DNA of 64,000 nucleotides from Phoronis australis (lineage: Eukaryota; Animalia; Phoronida), in contig NMRA01000059.1 in NCBI GenBank assembly GCA_002633005.1, forward strand, positions 1,017,133-1,081,132, given 5' to 3'. The first letter of the stretch is position 1; the number at the start of each line of letters is the position of its first letter. A program made the position numbers and the translations under genes. The notes beneath the pieces are model-generated. The model searched no databases and was not told the DNA's origin. It worked only from the letters and a program-made list of their open reading frames with translations. Below, piece after piece: positions 55,802-64,000 of the stretch.

Positions 55802-55930
55802 GTGATTATAACTTGCTTGATGAACCTTGAACCTGACCTACGTCTGAACTCTTTAACCTGCCTTATATATTGAACTCTTTAACCTGCCCTATATATTGAA
55901 CGCTTCTTGCTCTCTCTCTCTCTTCTCCAG

Positions 55931-55951
55931 CTGATTAACTCTGACTACATG
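55931..55951 (+). CDS. Candidate 21-nt microexon (LINSDYM)
   Basis: Very strong tract cttcttgctctctctctctcttctccag; no AG from 55788 to 55928; 21 nt open in phase 0; donor ATG|GTAACG. Confidence 0.62.
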
Positions 55952-58900
55952 GTAACGGTTTTTCTGTCCCACAGTATTCACTGCTTGGTGTCTGTTAGGG
56001 CTGTGCTCATTGGCCTATCAGATGTGTGTTTGTCATCCTTACCAACATTTTACAATGAAAAAGCAGGACACCTGGATCTACTGCCAGGTGAAAATGTGTG
56101 CCCAACACCCAAAAATGTCATGCCATATGAATTGTTTTTTCGTAGTCCATCACGAAGGTGAAAATTCACTTACTACAATCTTGTTTGTTGTGGATGATTT
56201 GAACATTTCCACCCTCTATGAATGGATATTTTTACCCTCAAAAATATCATGCCGACAGCTTTTTTTTCTTTCCATGTGTAGTTGTGCCTGTGAAATAGAA
56301 TTGTGAAGTAGGAGTTTATAGTGTGGAAAAGCACAATAACACGCGGCCACGTATCAACACATTGGCGCAAGTGGGTATAAATATCACATAGGTCATAAGT
56401 GCAACAGTTGGTTACTCCAAGTTATTTATGTTGCATTCATCTTGTAAATATGACTAGTCGAGTAAAGTTCTGGACAACTGGGTAATACCGTATAGTGCGA
56501 TAATGGCTTTGAGAGATAGGGCACCTTGCAAAATGCTTTTTTTGAAAGTTTTATTTCAAATGAACACTTGTCTATTGGAATATGCTACAGTCTGGTAGGC
56601 CGAGTTATTTCATACTGAAGCCTATATTTTCTGTAAGGCAACAAAAATATCACTTAAGTTAAAAATTCCACTGAAGTGAAGGGATTGGACTCATCAATAC
56701 TTGTGTTGTTTAGCACTTGTTCTTCTACTGAAGTCCTTGACATGTCAACTTCATTGCCCAGTCTTTTAAACATTAAAAATCATATGGACACTTCCTCACA
56801 AAGCAGAAAGTTTTCCATCAATGATCGGAAGTTCCCCTTGAGTTTAGAGTTGGCTTCGGCTAACCCAAAGATGCGTCTCTTCCGAAGTTTGGTGTGGAAT
56901 TGTTGGTGACCAGGGGACGGTTTAACCCTTGTGGGACAAAATTCCTCATTCAAAAAGGGAAAGCACTATTCCTCAAAGGTGATCGAGTGTTGCCAGGGGC
57001 GGGTGCGTTCTTTGGACCCGAGAAACTTCCCAAAAGGCAAGAAATGGTGTAAGTGAAGACAAGTGTTATTTTCAGGAACTCAGTAGCATACCACAGTAAA
57101 ATGGCAGCCTCTGAAGTGTTGCATTATGGGATAGAATTTACTGTTTCCATTCCCTAGTGATGATTTCTCACTCTGATTGCTTCCTGGGCGACTTTTGCGC
57201 TCATTGACCGTACTCCATTTCCATTCTGCTGGTGACCAATTGCTATCCATGACCTTCACCCATCATAACGCATTTTGGTTGTGATAGACCGACCCGAAAA
57301 ACCTCTCCTCATTTTCGGGTCTTTGGATATTCCTGAGAAAACCACAAACCTTTGCTTGGCCATTGACATGGGGTTTCAAGACTATACACATTACCTAATG
57401 GCCTTTTACAGTTCCATTGCTACAACAGGCCTAATTACCATGTTTATTGCCCCTACAGCCCCAATGGGTAATAAACTATTGAAATCACTGATAAAAGTGT
57501 GTCCAGTTGATGCTCCTGTAACCCCAGAGATTCTATCACGAACATTTTGCGTTATGCCCCAGTGGGGTCTAATGAATGTGAACACACCTCGTCTAATGAG
57601 CACAGTCATATGTTGTATGCCAGTACTTAGAATAGAGTGGCCGATCTGTAGTGAGATAGCTGCTTGCTTCAATGTATTAGTATCTAGTATTCTATCCCTG
57701 ACCCCCTTTGCTATTATTTTCTCGTGCATGCCCAATTTATTTTACTTCAGCAAAACTGGTGTTTATGCCTTGATCACATATCAGGTGACGGTTGGCCGAT
57801 TCCTCTGATTGAATTTTATCGCCATGCCTACAGCGTGATACTCATAGTCTCTATTATTTCACAAATTGTTGGTTTTTGATATTGACACCCTGATAGCACT
57901 CCCAACAATCTCGCAATATTGGCCGACTTACGGCTGAATTTTGAACTTTTTTCTGCTGTAAAGTCATCAGATCAGTGTTGCAGGCTTTATATGACTGAGG
58001 CATCATTCAGGCTTAACCAAGGTTGGCATAATTGTTCTTATTCATTAAATTACCGGTCTAAAATTTGATATTCTCGTGCTGTTAACAACATTTTACACAC
58101 TGTTCATGAACCTAAAAATGTTTATAAAAATGCATGTGATTTTTGTAAATAGTATATTTTTGTAAATAGTATATTTTTGTAAATAGTATATTTCAGCCAG
58201 TGGTCAAGTGTCAATGATATTTCATGGCTAGTTCTTCTGAGTTTTAAGTAATTAAAAATACCTTAAAGCCCCATTATTTTGGTTCATGTTTTCATTTCGA
58301 ATATTTGTTTGTTTGTTAAACACTGTCGGTGTTTCTGTCCATACATCAGAAAAGCGTGGATCAATTTTAGTTCATTTTATTGACAACAGGAATATTCTCC
58401 CTCATTATCTTGATATATTCCAGTTTTAGGTTTGCAATTTCAGGTTGGATCAGTTAGTACTCATGACATGGTTGATTGATTTTTGATGTTCTTAAATCTG
58501 TTATTATTTTTTTCACACACAAACATGAAAGCAAGTTTTTTCTCAATGCTCCATTCATAAAATTCCAGGATATAAATCCTTTCGTAGTTCCAATTCCATT
58601 TATTGTCAGTTAATTCCTGTAACAAACATAAAAAGTTCTGGTTAAATTTTCAAAAATGCTGTCTGTGATGGCAATATCATTGATTCTGATTTCTAAATGT
58701 TGTCATATATTTGTGATTTGTCTAGGGTCACAGGGTGTCTCTTGAATTCCACATCTGACTATGATAAAAGTCTAAAATTCTCATGACAAAATAGTGATTA
58801 TTATTTTGAAATTGCGAACATTACGTTTAATTCATTTGTCAGAATTTTCTATGCCTGTAAATAAATCCTATAATACTGTTATTTTCTCTTGCTTTATGTG

Positions 58901-59415
58901 TTTGCGTGTTGCCTTGATTCTTACTTTTGCGTAATATATGTCCTTTATCTAGTATTTCCACGTCTTTTTTCTACATAAAATAATGTTTAATGATCAGTGT
59001 TTCTGAAATCCAATGGCATGAAAGTTAATAGATAAAAAAGCATGGTGAATGGATAGTCAACTATGGAGGGACTCTTAACTCCACTCAGTTCATCTGTTGC
59101 TCTATGACAGAGTCTAATAATTACCGTAACATTTCTAGCCCATTTATGGCCCTTTTCTTGTTTATCATCGTCCTTTTTGTGTCATTGGCGTTACAGCCAA
59201 GGGCTCTTAAATTGGGGAGCTCCAAAATCAGAGGGCAGGGTTCGAGCCAAGAACATGGGCTTTTAAACACAAAATTTGTTGGAGGTCAGGGTTGAATGAA
59301 TGATCTGGGTTAACACTCGAGCAACTACATTAAAATCTGGCTTCACCTACATGAGTCAATTAAAACATCGGTAGATTGTTGACAATGTATGAAGGAGCTA
59401 AGGGGTCTTGAATTG

Positions 59416-59703
59416 AGTGATTACACACAGTAATTAAGTAGACTGTGGCCCAGTGATTACACACAGTAATTAAGTAGAGTGTGGCCCAGTGATTACACAC
59501 AGTAATTAAGTAGACTGTGACCCAGTGATTACACACAGTAATTAAGTAGACTGTGGCCCAGTGATTACACACAGTAATTAAGTAGACTGTGGCCCAGTGA
59601 TTACACACAGTAATTAAGTAGACTGTGGCCCAGTGATTACACACAGTAATTAAGTAGACTGTGGCCCAGTGATTACACACAGTAATTAAGTACACTGTGG
59701 CCC
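59416..59703. repeat. Minisatellite, 8 x 36 bp
   Basis: Unit agtgattacacacagtaattaagtagactgtggccc; explains ORF 59360-59695. Confidence 0.96.
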
Positions 59704-60137
59704 AGCTTTTTACTCAGTGAGCTTTTTTGAATTTTTCATCCCAAACATTATGTACATATTGATCTGGCCACACTTTGCTGACGCAAACGCTTTCACTGTT
59801 TTTACGCACAAATATGAAAATATTAGAATGTGCATGAGCCAAAAGATCCTTTTTGTGCTTCCTTCATTTAAGAGCAGGATAGTTTAGGTATTTTCCCGTT
59901 AATACAGGGTGACAATGAAACTGACAGATGGTTATTCAAAGATAAGCGTGCTGCTTTCTTTTGGGTGCTAAAATTTCCCTAAAACAAGTACTGTTAAAGA
60001 CAAAGGTACTTTTAAGGGAGTACTGCTAGTAGAAATAAGGGGTGGGCATTGGACATTGTACTATATTCATGAGCTTGCACCTGCAGTCAACAGGTGGAGT
60101 GTCAGTGGTTACAACATTAAAACCTTGCTCGTTCCAG

Positions 60138-60327
60138 GACGCCAAGTCTCATCATTCCATGCAGGATAAAAAGATCTCGCGGCGACCGAGCCTCATCAAA
60201 AGGCGTAAGTTCTCCAAGTCGCGGCTGGACCGCACCGACAGCACCGTCAGCAATCACGTGTCGTCGCTAGACAGGAGGGAGGACGGTTGTGACAAACCTA
60301 TGTTTTATATAGAAGACACAAAGGGAG
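60138..60327 (+). CDS. KCNQ1: KCNQ1-like exon 10 (basic, Ser-rich helix A-B linker); 3' boundary uncertain
   Basis: ccttgctcgttccag|GAC. GC-rich coding-like island, in frame with exon 9: DAKSHHSMQDKKISRRPSLIKRRKFSKSRLDRTDSTV...EDTKG. Best distal donor GAG|GTGGGT at 60328. Confidence 0.75.
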
Positions 60328-61410
60328 GTGGGTATTGGCAAGGCTGCTGTGTTTTTGACAGAGTGTTTTAAAAATGAAATCCTTTGAGCTGAATTAGTTC
60401 CATAGACAAGTTCCTGACCACCTCAACCCTTACGTCAAGTTTAGGCTGTGCTTCAAGCAAAGTAAATTTTAGGGCTCCGTATGACGTTGCATTTTGTTTG
60501 GTCAGTGATGGTTAAGGTATGGGAAACTGCGCATGACTTAGAGCCATGTTACAGGTACTGATGGACTGTCGGAACCCACCCTGTACAAATAAAAAATGTT
60601 TATTCTGGAAGGGCAGTCTCAAATTTGGACAACTAGTATGTACTTACAGTAGATTTTCATTTACCATCCCCCTTAATAAGAAGCAAAGTGTAATGTTCAA
60701 TAATTCTTTATGTTATTTAGTGTCGGTAATCACAAAACATCTTGACCACTAACACTTGTTATCATTTTTCGGCTGATACAGAGATCTGACATAGAAATCT
60801 CACCATTTGTGTTGTAGCGACAAAATTTAATATGCTTGTGAAACGCACGTACGACAGAGGTATTGTAGAACACTCGCAACTTCTCATTCTCTGAATTCAG
60901 CATTTGCTGCTCACAAAACTGTCCCATCTCTACACGCTAATCTCTTTACTAGGGTCTGGTTATAACTTGAATCTTTCTTTCGTTTACTAAGTACACATGT
61001 CGACGTTAACTCGCACTCAGTTGGCTTTGTCATGCTCTTCAAATTGCTTAAAATACAATAATTTCTCAAAATTTAAATGCATGAATGCTTGATCAGTTTT
61101 TGCAACAGCTTGTTCAAAAGTCATTAGCCAAGGGTTGGCTAGTATTGCGGCTCATATCCGAATTCTTGCTCGTTTTAAAAGCCTGGAGATTTTATTGCTC
61201 TTAGCTACTGTGTTAAGTACTGCAAACTATTTTTCAAGATGATTCGGGTGATGGTAAGTGTGTGTGGTGTTCTGATGTATTAAGTCACATGGGTCAAGTT
61301 ATGAGATGCAATTAGCTGATTTGAAGTCACATGACCTGTTCACATGACTTTGTCCATATCAGTCACTGGTTGATTTGTTCGCAAAAAATGTCAACACCTT
61401 GCACTAGCTT

Positions 61411-61620
61411 TTAAAGGAGAAGGCAACCGTTTTAGTGCCGTTTTTTGTTAAAGAAAGATGGCGGGGAATGATTCAGTCCACGAACATTACTTTTGGAGTG
61501 ATGCATGCATGATTAAAACCAAGGGTAATTTATTTAGCTTGAAAATTTATCTAAGATACCGGTAACGAGAAAATCTCAATTTAACCAAATACGACACTAA
61601 AAGCGATTGCCTTTCTTTTT
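61411..61620. mobile_element. Small decayed MITE
   Basis: ttaaaggagaaggcaaccgttttagtgccgt is an imperfect inverted match to acgacactaaaagcgattgcctttctttt. Confidence 0.45.
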
Positions 61621-62997
61621 GTTTCACTTCATTCTTCACGATTCCTGTTGTAATTGTTTGATGAGCAACACCTGTGCCATCCAAAATCTCATAGGACCAC
61701 CATCATGATCATGTGATATTTACCACAGTTCTGCACTTCTGGACAATCATTCTAGCGCTATTCACTGTTTTTGATTTTTTACTTTTTACTTGAAAAATGA
61801 TTGCACCATTTGCCATTCTAATGACAATAAAGTTACAATGTTATACTCTAAGCTGTAAACTTGATAAGTTGGTTTATTCGCTGTGGGTGCATCTTGTGTT
61901 GTTCTTCACTTGTTCAACTCAGCTGCGGGGTGCATTCTGTAAAGTATGTTTCTTGTGAGAAACGTTAGATCACACAATACTGCGCAATATCACATGAGTG
62001 AAAGGCCAATATCTTCCTGAGAATGCTCAAGATTTCGCTGCTGTTGACTACCAAAATGGCTGCCGCTGAAGTTCTTGTTGAATTATGGGAAAATTCTCAG
62101 TTTCTGTTCCACAAGCGAAGATTTCTTATCACAAGTGTGTCGCCAGTGTCCTGAGTTACACAATGTATCCTAGATGGTTGATAGGGCCTAATGTTGTAAA
62201 ATCTTGTCTGCTTTCAATTCCAAACATTTGAAAAGGAATAAAAAAAGTTAAAGAACTTTTAGGGTTCGGCAACTTTTAATTGCTTTACATATATGCATAC
62301 CTTTAGCTCTTATTGTGAATACACTTTTTACACACAGCATTAAACATGTCTTTTTGTTGACAGTTATTTCATTGTACCTTGGTCAAGACTGCTTTGTGAA
62401 CAACAGTTACTCATTTTCCATTGTTTTGTTTTGCTTAAAATATGTTTCAAGCTGCTTTGAGTCTGTTTCATGACAGTAATTTAAAATTCAAAACAGAAGT
62501 TTGGTGTTAAGCTCTCACTTCACAACTGCTGAATGAAGGTTTAGTAATTATGAGCACATTATAGTCTTTAGTAATTATGAGCGCATCAAAGTCTGAAACT
62601 AATTTATAGAAATTATCTCAGCAACGTGCAGTTATGTGTATATTCTTGGTGACTGCACTTTTGCATAGGTGAGATTTTAATTATTTTACAGTAGTTATGT
62701 GGAGCTCAAGACTGAATTTCTTAAGTCATGGAACAGACCCCTGAAGTGACCTCAGTTAAATGGTAGTGTGTCGCACAGTGCAGTAAACATTTTGAGGGAT
62801 GTGTGACAATATTCTCTCGTTACTCGTTGTGTGTAATAGGCTAGGGCCAAGTTAGCAGTCCTACCCCGTGGTTTATCCATGTGCGACTGACTAACTTCAT
62901 TGCAGCATTTATGATCTCCTAATAACCTGGTCTTCTGTTTGATTACAGTAATTCTCTACTTATTTTGCTAAAAATAATTGTCAAAATCATCATTTTT

Positions 62998-63329
62998 GTG
63001 CATATTGCCGTCATCTCTGTCTGGGTATCCACACCTGTATCTCCTAAACCCCTCACAGGATCTTGATGAGATTTGTCAGGGTGCATATTGCCGTCATCTC
63101 TGTCTGGGTATCCACACCTGTATCTCCTAAACCCCTCACAGGATCTTGATGAGATTTGTCAGGGTGCATATCGCCGTCATCTCTGTCTGGGTATCCACAC
63201 CTGTATCTCCTAAACCCTTCACAGGATCTTGATGAGATTTGGCAAGGTTCATATTGCCGTCATCTCTGTCTGGGTATCCATACCTGTATCTCCTAAACCC
63301 TTCACAGGATCTTGATGAGATTTGACAGA
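62998..63329. repeat. Minisatellite, 4 x 83 bp, expanded from the start of an interspersed repeat
   Basis: Unit gtgcatattgccgtcatctctgtctgggtatccacacc...gatgagatttgtcagg at 62998, 63081, 63164 and 63247. Confidence 0.93.
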
Positions 63330-63960
63330 TGTGTTCTTATGAAGCTGAGGATGGATGGTAACAAATTTCAAACGTCTTCTTTGACTACTGGTGTGCCCCC
63401 TTAAGTGGCAATTTATTTTTTTGCTTTTGCCTCCGTATCTTTGAAGGCCTTCAACAGATTTTCATAAAATTTAGCTGTTAGGTATCTGTTAGTGAGATGA
63501 TGCTATCCTCTCGTTTTTGGATGGCCCGGGTTCAAGGTACTTTGCGCCACCTGGTAGCCATTTGTACTGTTTTCGCGTCTGCTTTTGGCATCTGCCTCTC
63601 TATCAACCAAGAATGATTGTGAAAATTGGCATATACGTTCATTGTGTGAAGAGGGCAATTGATGATGATTGTCCGATGACTTCATACACTGTGGCGCTTC
63701 CTAGTGGCAGTTATTTTTTGTGCCCATAGCCTCCTAGTGGCATCTTCATTTTTTCCTCGGTTTCTCAGAAGTTCTTTCATGGATTTCTATGAAATTTTGT
63801 AAATAGCTTTGATGTCATATACCAGTTTTTGGATGGATTCAACATATTTTGCACCATCTAGTGGCCATTTTTATGATACAAATAAACACCCCTAGAAGCA
63901 CACTGTTTGCAGTGCATTTGTAGGTGCATTTCAATGCTCCGCGTTGCTCTTGTTCCATTT
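63270..63960 (+). mobile_element. Second copy of the ctagtggc-module interspersed repeat
   Basis: Similar to 1935-2390. The 3' part (acacc...agaagcacac...gcatttcaatgctc.g.gttgctctt) matches 22504-22570. Confidence 0.6.
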
Positions 63961-64000
63961 TTACAAAGGCCAGTTACCTTTTTTGCAAATATTGGAAAAT

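Noticed and set aside
59416-59703. CRISPR-like appearance of the 36-bp and other 28-46-bp repeats
   Set aside because: Units are head-to-tail with no unique spacers, there are no cas genes, and the context is eukaryotic intron.
60332-64000. Helix B/C/D exons of KCNQ1
   Set aside because: No helix B (IR..R....F) or RPYDV..VIEQYS motif was found; these exons are presumably downstream of the window.

Overview
AT-rich animal (most likely invertebrate) genomic DNA. The window holds the 5' part of one intron-rich + strand gene, a KCNQ1 (Kv7.1)-type voltage-gated K+ channel. It runs from ATG 8428 through S1-S6, the TIGYGD filter and the helix A/IQ motif into the helix A-B linker (about 440 codons); the 3' end lies beyond the window. 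Internal exon sizes and phases match human KCNQ1 as I recall them. Main observation: exon 2 (S1, the S1-S2 loop and the start of S2) is present twice, at 37308-37398 and 46384-46474. Both copies are 91 nt with intact splice sites, 13 synonymous and only 4 amino-acid differences, and including both or neither gives a premature stop. This is the signature of a mutually exclusive exon pair in the voltage sensor. Intron 9 also holds frame-preserving microexon candidates (21 nt and 24 nt, plus a weaker 15 nt), and exon 10 has an in-frame internal donor. The introns are full of MITEs (including CA...TG-ended families with atypical 5- and 6-bp TSDs), young minisatellites and LINE remnants. Almost all ORFs in the supplied track are spurious. 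All splicing claims are predictions that need RNA evidence.
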